Origin: an uncultured Acidobacteriota bacterium
GTDB lineage: Bacteria > Acidobacteriota > Blastocatellia > Pyrinomonadales > Pyrinomonadaceae
DNA: 64,000 nucleotides
Assembly (NCBI GenBank): GCA_963770215.1
Contig: CAVYOP010000014.1
Span: forward strand, 396,940 to 460,939
Reading direction: 5' to 3'
The translations under genes were made by a program, and so were the position numbers. The notes beneath the pieces were generated by a model, which saw nothing but the letters and a program-made list of their open reading frames with translations, was not told the DNA's origin and did no database searches. Shown one piece after another: positions 9,610 through 20,213 of this stretch (positions are counted from its first letter, which is position 1; each line of letters starts with the position of its first letter).

Positions 9610-10347
9610 ATGAATCCCTCCCCTGCTCCCGCACCTTTCACTTCAGCGCATCTTCGAGCCCGCATTGTGAAGATCTTACTGATCGTCGGCGCATTCGCCA
9701 CTGGCATGTCGTTACTGGCTGAGGCGATTTCACTTGCACTCCCGCCACTGACCGAAGAGCAAGATCTGGGCGACAATCCGATGGGCGTCTTGATGGTGTT
9801 TTTAATATTTCTGCTCGCGGTTCTCGAATTCATTATCTACGTGGCGACGGTGGTCTTTTTCCTTATGTGGCTCTACCGAGCGCATAACAATCTGCGGGCA
9901 TTCAATCAATGGAATCGGCTTGAGTATTCAGCCGGCTGGGCGGTCGGCAGCTTTTTCATTCCATTTGTGAATTTAGTTGTTCCTTATCGTGCTGTAAGAG
10001 AAGTATGGGAAAAGAGTGTGCCGCCGGATCAGGCGCATCTGGCCGAGCCTGGTTCTCCCGCATCCTTTCCTCTTTGGTGGTTGTTTTGGCTGCTCTCATC
10101 GTTTGCTAACAACATCTCGATGCGACTTGCGTTCAACGAGAATGTCCCGGAGAGCACTGCCACAGTGGTTTCGATAATTGCGAGCGCCTTGTCCATCGTG
10201 GCTGCGGTTTTCGCCTACCAGGTTGTTGATGTGATTGATATGAGACAGGAAGAAACCAGCGCGAGGGTAAACCTCGGACAATTCTCAGGCCCGCCACCGC
10301 CGCCTACGAACCTGCCGATGTCGGATGTAATAATGCCGACGTCCTAG
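9610..10347 (+). CDS. DUF4328-like integral membrane protein.
   Basis: 245-aa ORF with multiple TM segments. The FIPFVNLVVPYRAVREVW motif matches my recollection of the DUF4328 signature. Pro-rich C-terminus. Confidence 0.6.
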   Translation: MNPSPAPAPFTSAHLRARIVKILLIVGAFATGMSLLAEAISLALPPLTEEQDLGDNPMGVLMVFLIFLLAVLEFIIYVATVVFFLMWLYRAHNNLRAFNQWNRLEYSAGWAVGSFFIPFVNLVVPYRAVREVWEKSVPPDQAHLAEPGSPASFPLWWLFWLLSSFANNISMRLAFNENVPESTATVVSIIASALSIVAAVFAYQVVDVIDMRQEETSARVNLGQFSGPPPPPTNLPMSDVIMPTS

Positions 10348-10409
10348 TTTGAAACTCTATGTAGCTGGTCGAGCGACGTCGTTAGGCACGCCTGACTTAC
10401 AAAACTGGA

Positions 10410-10710
10410 TTATCCTCTTTCCATCAAACGTTTCCGAATCCATAGAGGATCGCGCCTCAGATCCAGAATGGCATAAACGTAGACTACGTCGTCTTCCACT
10501 TCATAATAGATGCCGAATGGAAATCGCTTTGACAGCATTTCGATTGAATCCAAAGTAGATTGGATGAACACCGGCAAAGAGAACAAGAGAGTCTAAATCG
10601 GAAAGGATTGAATCGAGGAAGTAGTCGCCAACTCCGGTTGCGCACGATTCATAGAATTGTGCGCCCGACTCGAGGTCTTCGGTCGCGTCCTCGAGTATTA
10701 CAACGTTCAT
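10410..10710 (-). pseudogene. RelE/ParE-family type II toxin, with one frameshift.
   Basis: ORF 10501..10710 (MNVVILEDATEDLESGAQFYE...GVHPIYFGFNR) continues in the -1 frame as MLSKRFPFGIYYEVEDDVVYVYAILDLRRDPLWIRKRLMERG*. The junction is at a T3 run near 10538..10540. Confidence 0.7.
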
Positions 10711-10715
10711 TATTC

Positions 10716-10925
10716 CTAACTTCGTAGACGGGATCTCAGTTGGTCCAGAGTCAGAAACTTTGCTTCTCCACGCTGAGCCCGTGCCTTCCGGTCAGCCAAA
10801 ACATCACGATGCCAGTCCGGTGAAGGTATCTCGTCGCTGTGGCGATTGAGAGAATCCCAAAGCTGGTCCATTACCTGGAGCCGTTCGGTGACTGACATCT
10901 TCTCGATCTCGGATGATTCAATCAT
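10716..10925 (-). CDS. Addiction-module antitoxin (putative addiction module component family).
   Basis: 69-aa ORF ending 5 nt upstream of the toxin start. MSVTERLQVMDQLWDSL...PSPDWHRDVLADRKA is typical of this small antitoxin family. Confidence 0.7.
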   Translation of the reverse strand: MIESSEIEKMSVTERLQVMDQLWDSLNRHSDEIPSPDWHRDVLADRKARAQRGEAKFLTLDQLRSRLRS

Positions 10926-10968
10926 GTCGTCACACTACCACCTTGAGGCGTGTGTCGCAAGACGCGTC

Positions 10969-11574
10969 TTATTCTGCTATTAGTTTCTTAATAACTTCTT
11001 CGGTTTCGTCATAGTAACCTTCTCCGACGTGTGTCCAACGCACGCGTCCCTGCTTGTCGAGCACGAAGAAAGTCGGCCATGCTTCGACGCCGTACGCCTT
11101 CCACGTCGAATAGTCCTGGTCCGTAACTACCGGGTACTTGATGCCCAGCTTTGCAACTTCATCCCGTAACTGGTCTATATCTCTTTCAAAGTCTAATTCC
11201 GGAGTATGCACGCCGATGATCGTGAGCCCCTGGTCACGGTACTGCGCATCCCACTTTTTGATAACAGGCAAGGTGTTGCGGCAGTTGTAGCACGCGAACG
11301 TCCAGAACTCGATCAATACCACGCGCCCATGCAAGTTCTTTAGGGTAAGCGGTTCAGAATTGATCCAGAGTCCGCTCGAGATTTCGGACGCCGCCGGCGC
11401 GTTAATTTCCTCAGCCATAGTTGGAGTAGAGAACATCGGTCCTCCAGATGTCAGACGTGAAATACCGTTACTCAAAACGCCCAGCGGTCCTCGTCCGCTT
11501 ACATAACCAGCCGCCACGAACAAAATTAAGGCGATGAATAACAGTGAGCCGAAAATAATATTTTGTCGATGCAT
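10969..11574 (-). CDS. Redoxin/TlpA-like thiol-disulfide oxidoreductase, membrane anchored.
   Basis: Thioredoxin fold with FWTFACYNCRNTLP (CxxC). An N-terminal TM segment follows the Met at 11574. The track ORF extends to 11703, and that extra 43 aa is of doubtful reality. Confidence 0.75.
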   Translation of the reverse strand: MHRQNIIFGSLLFIALILFVAAGYVSGRGPLGVLSNGISRLTSGGPMFSTPTMAEEINAPAASEISSGLWINSEPLTLKNLHGRVVLIEFWTFACYNCRNTLPVIKKWDAQYRDQGLTIIGVHTPELDFERDIDQLRDEVAKLGIKYPVVTDQDYSTWKAYGVEAWPTFFVLDKQGRVRWTHVGEGYYDETEEVIKKLIAE

Positions 11575-11712
11575 GTCAAAAACCGTCGACGTCGATCGTC
11601 GCTTTTGCAAAAGCCTGCGGCGCCTCTTGATCACGCCGAACTTCGAAGCGGCAATGGTCAAAGCTGTGCCGGCAACAAAGCGACGTCTATTCAAAGTTGG
11701 CATGATAGTCCC

Positions 11713-12337
11713 TCAAACGGGCAGCTCTGCGCCGGACTGCTCCGCCACGATGTACCGGGCATACCAGTCGGACCAATTCGGATCTGCCTGCCCGATGCGC
11801 TCTTCGTGCTTGCCGTGGGCAACGGACGCGCGCCGCATTGCGCTCGCCAGATCGTTGGCTGATCCGAAACGAAGTCTCGGCCGAGTCGACGCGTCCGGGA
11901 AGCCGGTTCGTGATCTCCTGTAGCAACCAACTATTGCCATCGGGGTCACTGAATGTGGCAAGCGAGCGATAACTGCGATGCTCAGGATCCGGACCACTGT
12001 CGAAGCCATCGGCGCCGAAATGGAAGATCTCGCTTACATCGATGCCGGCGGCGACCAACTGGTTCCGGGCAGCCTCGATATCAGAGACGATCAAAAACGT
12101 CTTCTGTGCCGATCCGGGTGCGGCCGAAGTAAGGTTTCCGCCGAATTGGACCGAACACGCCGAGCCAGGCGGTGTGAACTGGACCACGCCGGGCGGTGTA
12201 ACATCCAGCCGCCATCCCAGCTTCAGATAAAATTCCTTCGCGCGTTCAACGTCTGAGACGGAAATCACAATAACCTCGAGCTTCATGTCTACTGTCGCAA
12301 CGCTCGTGTCTGTGATGCGAACTTCTCTGGCGCTCAT
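11713..12337 (-). pseudogene. VOC/glyoxalase-family protein, with one frameshift.
   Basis: ORF 11687..12337 begins MKLEVIVISVSDVERAKEFYLKLGW...DPDGNSWLLQEI. The conserved C-terminus (NDLASAMRRASVAHGKHEERIGQADPNWSDWYARYIVAEQSGAELPV) lies in another frame, in ORF 11713..12009. Confidence 0.7.
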
Positions 12338-12368
12338 TGTTTCTTCCTCCGTTTAGTATCGATCGAGT

Positions 12369-12773
12369 TTATCGTTGGGTAACTTCAGTTTTAGATTTGC
12401 GTGGAGCGACAACCGTGACGCGTAGTCCAAACAGCCGTGCGTCCAACGAATATGCGCCTGGTCCCAGAAAGAAGAGCGAAGCCGCAGTCAGTATCCTGAC
12501 GACGTAGACCAGGTTCATTGGCTGCTCAGCCAGGAACAGATTCGCTACGGCAGCAACGCAGGTGATTATCGAGAGGACGGGCGTCAGGAACCCGACAAGA
12601 AGACCGACAGAAATCAGGACTATTAACGAAACGACCGACCAGTGCAGGGTATTGGACGCGAAGTTGAACCGATGCGTAATGTTCAAGGCAAACATCCCGG
12701 CGGCCGCGATCCTCAAGAGGACAAGCCCAACCCCGGGACCGCCTTGAGGAAACATGGAGTAAAGTCTTTGCAC
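12369..12773 (-). CDS. DoxX-family membrane protein.
   Basis: 134-aa ORF with 4 TM segments. FPQGGPGVGLVLLRI and GPGAYSLDARLFG are typical DoxX ends. Confidence 0.7.
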   Translation of the reverse strand: MQRLYSMFPQGGPGVGLVLLRIAAAGMFALNITHRFNFASNTLHWSVVSLIVLISVGLLVGFLTPVLSIITCVAAVANLFLAEQPMNLVYVVRILTAASLFFLGPGAYSLDARLFGLRVTVVAPRKSKTEVTQR

Positions 12774-12866
12774 AGACTTAACTTAACGCCAGACCCCGAA
12801 ACCCAAAACCCGCATTGAGGCTATGCGTCATTCACTCTTTCGGGGGATACAGGTTTTTGGACGAGA

Positions 12867-15800
12867 TCAGAACTGAAGTTTGAGCGCAAACTGGATCGAG
12901 CGCGGCCCGCCAATCTGATAAAGAGGATTGAATCCGCCGTTCGCGCCACCCGCACCAAGACTGTTCGCCAATGTCTGGGTCGAGAGACCAAACAGCGGGC
13001 TGGTCAAAAGATTTGTGGGACTGCCGAAGTTCGGATGATTGAAGATGTTGAAAAACTCAGCCCGGAAGCGAAGCCCGACCCGTTCCGTGATAGGAAACTT
13101 ACGCTGAAGACCGACATCAGCCTGCCACGCCCCAAATCCTCGCAGCACATTGCGCCCGAAATTTCCCTGCGTTCCGGCCGGCGCCGCGGCAAAAGCCGCG
13201 CGATTGAAAATCTTGCCGCCGGGAAACTGCGAGCCAAACAGCTCTAGCGGCACGCCGGGATTCACGTTCGGACGCGGAGCGAGCAAGGTCCCGGCAGCGA
13301 TGAAAGTCGCGCCGGCGATGTTCACCGGCGGCGCCGATCTCGCCAGAATGAAACTGTCCAACGACCAGCCACCGAAAACATGACGAACCGCCTTGTGCTG
13401 CGCCGGAGACGGCAGAACGTAAGTGACGCCGGCAGTGAATGAATGGCGAATATCGAAATCGGAGTTTCCGCGGTCCACGTTCGGAGCAGCTATCGCCGCC
13501 ACCGTGTTGAAGTTGTTGGTGGAGTCGGTCGAAGCAATATCGATCGAGTGAGACCAGGTGTACGAAGTAACGATCTGCAATCCGCGCGACAACCGCCGCT
13601 GAAACTTGATCTGTAACGCGTGGTAATCGGAAGTTGCAGAGTTGTCGGTGATCACGACCGATTGAAAATTCGGGTTCGGATTAAATAGCTGCGTTGTGCG
13701 AAGCAAGTCACGTCCGATTGCCGCGACATAAGTCGACGACAAACTCTGATTGTTACCGATGGACTGCTCCAGCGCGACGTTCCATTGATAAGTCCGCGGA
13801 AGTTTCAAATGCGGGTCCGCGACAAGGATGGTGCTCACCGGCGGATTGAGCGTGGGGACTGGAGGCGCAGCATTCTGAGGACTCAGAGGAAACGGCGCCA
13901 AAGCGAGTGTTTTGGAAACAAGATAAGGAAAGAAACTGGCGACTCCGCCAAGCGATCCCTGGCCGAGATCGTAAAACATCCCGAAGCCTGAGCGTAGCAC
14001 TGCATCCCAATCGCGTATCCCACGGAATTGATAGGCCAGCCCGACCCTGGGAGCGAAGTTGCCATAAGTTGTTTCATAGAGCGGCGTCCCGCGGGGCGCC
14101 AAAGTCATCGTGGCCGGATTGTCGAGACCGGCGATAGTGAAGGGATCGTCCGCGGCATGCTTGCCCTTGAGGGGTGGATTAACTTCCCACCGCACGCCGT
14201 AAGTCAACGTCAATCGCGGCGTTACCTTCCACGTGTCCTGTCCGTAAAGCGAAAGGTTTTGCGACAGCAGGGCGCTGCCCTGAAATACAGTGGGCTGCGC
14301 AAACGAAACGGTTCCCGAGAGCGCTCCTCCGGGATTCGCATTTACTCCAGAGAAGAAGAAAAAGTGACGGTAGGCAAACGGGCTGGTGAACGGTGCGAGC
14401 CAGCGATAGTCAACGCCAAACTTCATCTGATGCGAACCCTTGCTCACGGATAGATTGTCAAGCAAGTTCACCTGGCGCTGTTCGTTCACGCCTTGCTTTC
14501 CCTGAGCGTATTGTCCAGCGCCGCCGACTACAAACAGGAAAAGGCTATCCGCCGACGTGAACTGCGTGGGAAACAACAGCGAATCCGAAAGCGGAACAGC
14601 GCCGCCGAAATCGTCCATCACATAGTCGATCGTGACGCGGTCGTTGCTGTAGTTTGCGCGCACCTCGTTGCTGATTTCAGGAGTTATCAATTGGCTCGTG
14701 CCTAAGGTGAAGGTGTGTATCGAGGCCGCCATCGCATTCGTAGTGCTGAGGACCCTGCCGGATGCGAAGAACGGACCGCGTTGTTCGAGACTCGAAGGCG
14801 AGTAGTTGTATCTGGCAAACACGTTTACTTTCGAGCTCACCACATGGTCCATTCGAATGCCGTAGGCGTTCAACGTGGATGGATTCGAGAAGGAAGCGTT
14901 GAATTGCGCGAGCCCGCCGCCAAGCGCCGGTCCGTTGGCAATCGGAAACGCATTCAGGTACGGCCGCGACGCGGCTGGAGCAGCTTGTCGCGACGCGTTA
15001 TCCGGCACGACAGTTTGCAAACTCGACGGCTGGCGCAATCGCAATCCCTCGTACGAAAAGAAGAAGAACGTTCTGTCTTTGCGAACCGGCCCGCCGATGA
15101 CGCCGCCAAAGTCATTCTGCCGCGTCTCAGGTTTTGGCAAGCCGCTGGCGTTTACAAACCAGTCGCTAGCGTCAAGCACGCTATTCCTGAAATACTCGAA
15201 CAACGTGCCGTGAAAGGCATTACTGCCGGAGCGGGTCGCGATCGAAATCTGGCCGCCGGGAGTGCGTCCAAACTCCGGCGCAAACGAAGACGTTTGCACG
15301 CGAAACTCCTGCGTTGCATCCACGGAGACTAAGCTGTTCGTTCCACCCGAAGCACTGAAGGCGGGTAACGCGCCGCCCGCAGTCTGTACGAGCGTTGCCG
15401 CGCCGGTGATGCCAAAGTTGGCGCTCACTCCATCCACCGAGAAATAATTTGCATCCGCTCGTTGACCGTTGACGCTGAATTGTCCCTGATCGTTTTGCGA
15501 CGTCGCGGTATGGACCACTCCCGGCGCAAGCGCTATCAACGTCTGAAAGCTGCGGCCGTTGAGCGAAAAATTCTCGACGAACGTTCGGTCCACAACGGTG
15601 CTGACACTTGCCGACTCGGTGTTCAGCAGAGGGGCGCCAGCCTTCCACCGTGATGACTTCGGAAAGGTCTCCGATCGTCAGTTCGAGATCGATTCTGAGC
15701 GTATCCTGAACGTGAAGGATCACATTCGGCTTGAGCAGCTTCTTGAAGCCTGACTTTTCGATCTCGAGACGATAGCTGCCGGGTGGAAGATTTGCGAGAT

Positions 15801-15998
15801 AGTATTCGCCTGAACTGTTCGTGGAAGTTTTGTAACTAACACTCGTGGCGTCGCTGATCGCGGCGACGCCGGCCTCGACGATCAGAGCTTTCGCAGGATC
15901 GCTGATGCGACCTGTAAGCGAGGCGTTGGTGGATTGTCCTAATGCAAACGACAGTAGAGCATGAGGAGGAGGAATGCCAATGCAGCGAATCTGCGCAT
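12867..15998 (-). pseudogene. Oar-like TonB-dependent outer-membrane receptor with an N-terminal carboxypeptidase-regulatory-like domain. Two frameshifts near the 5' end.
   Basis: 908-aa ORF 12867..15593 ends in the barrel terminus SIQFALKLQF. Upstream fragments encode a signal peptide (MRRFAALAFLLLML, ATG at 15998) and CarboxypepD_reg (SGEYYLANLPPGSYRLEIEKSGFKK) in other frames. Breaks lie near 15940 and 15640. Confidence 0.8.
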
Positions 15999-16123
15999 CT
16001 GTTCAAACCTCAATTCAAGCGGATGTGTCAGGCTACTTCCGAATTCCCTGTCGCGTCAATACCTCAAAAGAGGGATGCTCCTCCGTGTGGGTTAGATTAA
16101 GCATGCTGTAAGATCTGGTCCAC

Positions 16124-19100
16124 ATGTCGAGATCAACAAAACCAGGGTCACCAATACTCTACCTCGTTTCGGCTTGCATCCTGCTGGTCTCGTGTAATTC
16201 TGCTTACGCTTTGAACCCGTCGATCGAAGTCCGTCAATACTCACACACGACCTGGAAAATTCGCGACGGCTTTTCCAAGGGCGTCATCGGGTCAGTAGCT
16301 CAAACGCCCGACGGTTACCTGTGGCTGGGAACTGAGTTTGGTCTGCTTCGGTTCGACGGCAAACGCAACGTGCCCTGGCAGCCGCCTGCGGGTCAACAGC
16401 TTCCCTCCAACATGATCATGAGCTTGCTCGCAGCGCGCGACGGAAGTCTTTGGATTGGCACTGCAAATGGCCTGGCAAAGTGGCAGGATGGAAAACTCAC
16501 CGAGTACGCTGAATTTGCCGGGAAGTACATTTTCAAAATCATCGAGGATCGCGAAGGAACAATATGGGCCACCGGTATTTCGATCACGACCGGCAAGCTC
16601 TGTGCGATCAAAAACAGCAACGTCTCTTGCGAAGGAGACGACAAGGTTCTCGGACGCGGAGCCTTCAGTCTTTATGAAGACAGCAAGGGCAATCTCTGGG
16701 CAGGATTGAAGAATGGACTTTGGCGATTCAGGCCCGGACCGCCAAAGTTTTATCCCCTGGCCGGCGAGCCGGATGGAATTCAAGGCATCGGTGAAGACGC
16801 AGATGGCACACTCCTGGTCGGCTGGAAAGGCGGAATCCACAGATTTCTTGACGGGCAAACCCAGCCTTATGCGCTTTCGGGCATCGAGGGGCAATTCAAG
16901 GCGAGAAGGATACTGCGCGATCGTGATGGCGGTTTGTGGATCGGAACGGGAGACCGCGGCCTTTTGCACGTACACCACGGCAAGGCAGACTTGTTTGCTT
17001 CCGCGGACGGACTCTCGGGCGACAACATCTACTCCATCTTCGAGGATCGCGAAAACAATATTTGGATCGCGACCGCTAACGGTCTCGATCGCTTTCGCGA
17101 CTTTGCTGTCGTGACGTTTTCCACGAGGCAAGGGCTCTCGAATGTTGTTGTCGCATCTGTTTTGGCAACTCGTGACGGCAGTGTTTGGCTCAGCACTTAC
17201 GGCGGCTTGCATCAATGGATAAACGGACAGATCGCGACCTTCGGCGCGGGGAAAACCAGACGGCAAACTCAACGGACAAAGCCCGAATTCTCTTTTCGAA
17301 GACGGTAGCGGACGAATTTGGGTTTCCACTCCGATGGGTTTCGGCTATTTGCAGGACGACCGCTTCGTTCCTGTCATTAACGTGCCCGGAGCAATCACTG
17401 CTATCGCACAAGACACAGGCCGGAGATCTTTGGATTGCCAACGAGCATGCCACCCTCTTCCAATTGCGCGGCGACAAGGTCGTGCAACAGATCCCCTGGT
17501 CCAGTGTCTGGCACGATGATCCGGGAAGCGCTCTCGCGGTTGATCCGGCTTGGGGCGGCTTGTGGATCGGATTCTGCCTGGGCGGCGTTGTTTATTTCAC
17601 AGACAATCAGATGCGCGAATCGTATGAGGGCGAGTGGGTTCGCGCAAGGGCGCGTCAATTATCTGCGTTTCGATCGCGACGGCGCGCTTTGGGCAGCGAC
17701 TAGTGGCGGTTTGAGCCGGTTGAAAGACAGCCGCGTAATCACGCTCACAAGCAGTAATGGATTGCCGTGCGAGACGGTTCACTGGATGATTGAAGACAAC
17801 TCTGGTTCGTTCTGGCTGGACACAGCTTGCGGCCTCGTGCGCATCACCCGGAACGAGTTGGACAAGTGGGTGGATGCGGTTGAAAAAGATCAAGGCAGCC
17901 AGGCCACAGATCCAGTTCGCAGTCTTCGATAGCTCAGACGGCGTCAGAAGCGTTTCGAGTGGCAGTCATTTCAGTCCCCAGGTGGCGCAGTCAGCGGACG
18001 GGAAAATATGGTTTAGCGGCATCGATGGTTTAAATGTCATCGACCCGAATCACCTTCCCTCCAATAACGTTCCGCCGCCGGTCAGCGTCGAACAGTTCAT
18101 CGCCGATCGGAAGACTTATGAGGCAGGGTCAGACGGAACCGTTGCGCTTGCCGCCGCTGATCCGAGATCTGCAAATAGACTACACGGCCCTGAGCCTCGT
18201 CGCTCCGGAAAAGAACCTGTTTCGTTACAAACTCGAGGGCCGCGATACCGATTGGCAGGAAGTCACCGATCGTCGGCAGGTCTTTTATAACGATCTGCCG
18301 CCCGGCAACTATCGTTTCCGCGTCATGGCTTCCAACAACAGCGGCGTCTGGAACGAGACCGGCACGTATCTCGATTTCTACATCGCCCCAGCTTATTATC
18401 AGACGACCTGGTTTCGCCTCGCCGTGGTTATCGTGTTTCTGTTAGGGCTGGTTGCGATTTATCAACTGCGGTTGCGGCAAGTTGCGCGGCAAGTGCGCGG
18501 GCGCATGGAAGAACGTCTGGAAGAGAGGGAGCGCATCGCTCGCGATTTGCACGACACGCTATTGCAAGGCGTGCAAGGTTTGATTCTGAAGTTTCATGCA
18601 GTCTCGAAACAGATACCTGCCGACACGCCGGCTTACAACGCGCTCGAGAAAACATTGGACCACGCCGATGAGGTTTTGGCAGAAGGAAGAGATCGCATTC
18701 GAAATCTGCGCGTCGATTCTGCGTCACTGAGTGATTTGCCGGCGGCATTCCGTTCTGTCGCCGAAGAGACGTCGCAGGGTCGTGATGCGGTCTTTAAGAC
18801 TGTGGTTGAGGGACATGTCCGTGACTTGCACCCGCTGGTGCTTGAGGAGTGTTACTCGCATTGGGCGCGAGGCCATAATCAATGCGCTGAGCCATTCCGA
18901 AGGTCAAAACGTCGAAGCAGAGATCGCCTATCGACTGCGCGACAGTTTCGTCTGCGCGTTCGTGACGACGGACGAGGCATCGATCCTAGGATCCTTGAAG
19001 CAGGGGGGCGTTCCGGTCATTGGGGACTTCAGGGAATGCACGAGCGAGCGCAAAAGATTGGCGGTCAATTGAGATTCTGGAGTCGACCGGAAACGGGCAC

Positions 19101-19202
19101 GGAAGTTGAGTTGACGGTTCCGGGAGCGACTGCGTATCAAGCTCGTCTCACAAATCAAAGAAGTTTTGGTTCGGCAAAAAGCAGAAAACACAAGATGAAT
19201 AA
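16124..19202 (+). pseudogene. Sensor histidine kinase (signal peptide, two-component regulator propeller repeats, Y_Y_Y, TM, HisKA_3, HATPase). Many frameshifts. The 3' end is uncertain.
   Basis: Fragments are 16124..17308, 17185..17703, 17435..17932, 17790..18290, 18034..19449 and 18731..19072. Recurrent GxLWIGTxxGL propeller motif, ERERIARDLHDTLLQ (H-box), GHWGLQGMHERAQKIGGQL (G-box). Paralogous to 22755..25745. Confidence 0.8.
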
Positions 19203-19239
19203 TTCGTGTTCGGTTTTGCATTTTGTGCCTTACTATGGC

Positions 19240-19868
19240 TTAGATTTCGATGATGCCGCGTTTCACGGCAATCGTTACGGCATGCGTTCGATCGTTTGCG
19301 CCAAGCTTCGAAAGAATGCTCTTCATGTGCGCTTTGATTGTTTCTTCGGAAACGTTGCAGGAGTTGGGCCACCATCTTGTTGGCGTTACCGGCCGCCACT
19401 TCCCGCAACACCTCGATTTCACGTTCAGTCAACGCAGTCGTCACTGTGATGCTCGGCCATCTCGACGGCGATTTCGGAAGGAATTCTTTTCTTGCCGGAG
19501 TGGACCGTGCGGATCGTGTCGATCAATTCCTTTCGCACCATGTTCTTCAGCAGATAACCTGAAGCGCCGGCTTTAATGGCGCGGGCCGCCTGCGCATCGC
19601 CGCTGTAAGTGGTCAGCACGATGATGCGAGCATCGGGAAACTCTTCGCGAATTTTCACAATCGCGTCGATGCCGTTGACCTCCGGCATCTGCACGTCCAT
19701 CAGAGTTACGTCGGGCCGATTGAGTGCGGAACTGTTCGATCGCTTCACGCCCGTTACTGGCTTCGGCGACGAGGACCATGTCATCTTCAGCAGCAAGCAC
19801 AGCGGCGATTCCCTCGCGCAGACACCGGGTGATCGTCCACCGTCAGGATTCGAATGCGGGCGGTTCAT
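19240..19868 (-). pseudogene. NarL/LuxR-family response regulator, with at least two frameshifts.
   Basis: The receiver domain is split between ORFs 19573..19800 and 19425..19931 (DVTLMDVQMPEVNGIDA). The HTH is in ORF 19240..19422 (ETIKAHMKSILSKLGANDRTHAVTIA). It lies directly downstream of the lasso precursor on the same strand. Confidence 0.75.
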
Positions 19869-19991
19869 GTTTCGCAGTCTACTACGAATTCCAGGTAAAC
19901 CTGGAGAGGAAAGCGGGCTCGCATCTACCAATTGCGATCGGTGGGCACAGCATGCAGATCAGCGAACCCGCCCCGGTTTTTTCTTACCATG

Positions 19992-20126
19992 TCAGACTAT
20001 CCTGTTCGAATTCAAAGTCGGGGCCAGTTGGTTTGGAACGTCATCGCCGCCCAAGCCAAAGCCCAGCACAACTACTTCTGCTTGACCAATCAGTGTCAAC
20101 TCAGGGGCTTCGTATTTGTTTTGCAT
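19992..20126 (-). CDS. Lasso peptide precursor (A peptide), 44 aa, not in the ORF track.
   Basis: My translation is MQNKYEAPELTLIGQAEVVVLGFGLGGDDVPNQLAPTLNSNRIV*. AGGAGG lies 9 nt upstream of the ATG. The leader fits YxxPxLx3Gx5(T)x with exact spacing. The predicted core starts with Gly and has Asp at positions 7 and 8. It begins 88 nt downstream of the cyclase stop. Confidence 0.7.
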   Translation of the reverse strand: MQNKYEAPELTLIGQAEVVVLGFGLGGDDVPNQLAPTLNSNRIV

Positions 20127-20213
20127 CGTACCTTTCCTCCTTTCTTTGTTTTTGAAGAGCTTATGTTTTGAAGAACTTATGCCGCCGCCAGAAACATTTG
20201 CGTAGCGCGCTTC

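Noticed and set aside
11575-11703. Twin-arginine-like N-terminus (MPTLNRRRFVAGTALTIAA) on the redoxin ORF.
   Set aside because: It is followed by an implausible basic stretch and then a second Met with a normal TM anchor. It also abuts the 3' end of the VOC gene, whose stop at 11713 lies only 9 nt upstream. It may be a remnant. It is kept only as an alternative start.
19203-19449. C-terminal tail of ORF 18034..19449, extending the kinase through the antisense of the response regulator.
   Set aside because: A 1-nt shift after VPGATAY gives a short basic tail ending at a TAA at 19200..19202. The long extension is antisense to a recognisable LuxR HTH.
19932-20171. 79-aa plus-strand ORF opposite the lasso precursor.
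   Set aside because: It is a shadow ORF. The minus strand has an RBS, a leader motif and a genomic context that explain the region.
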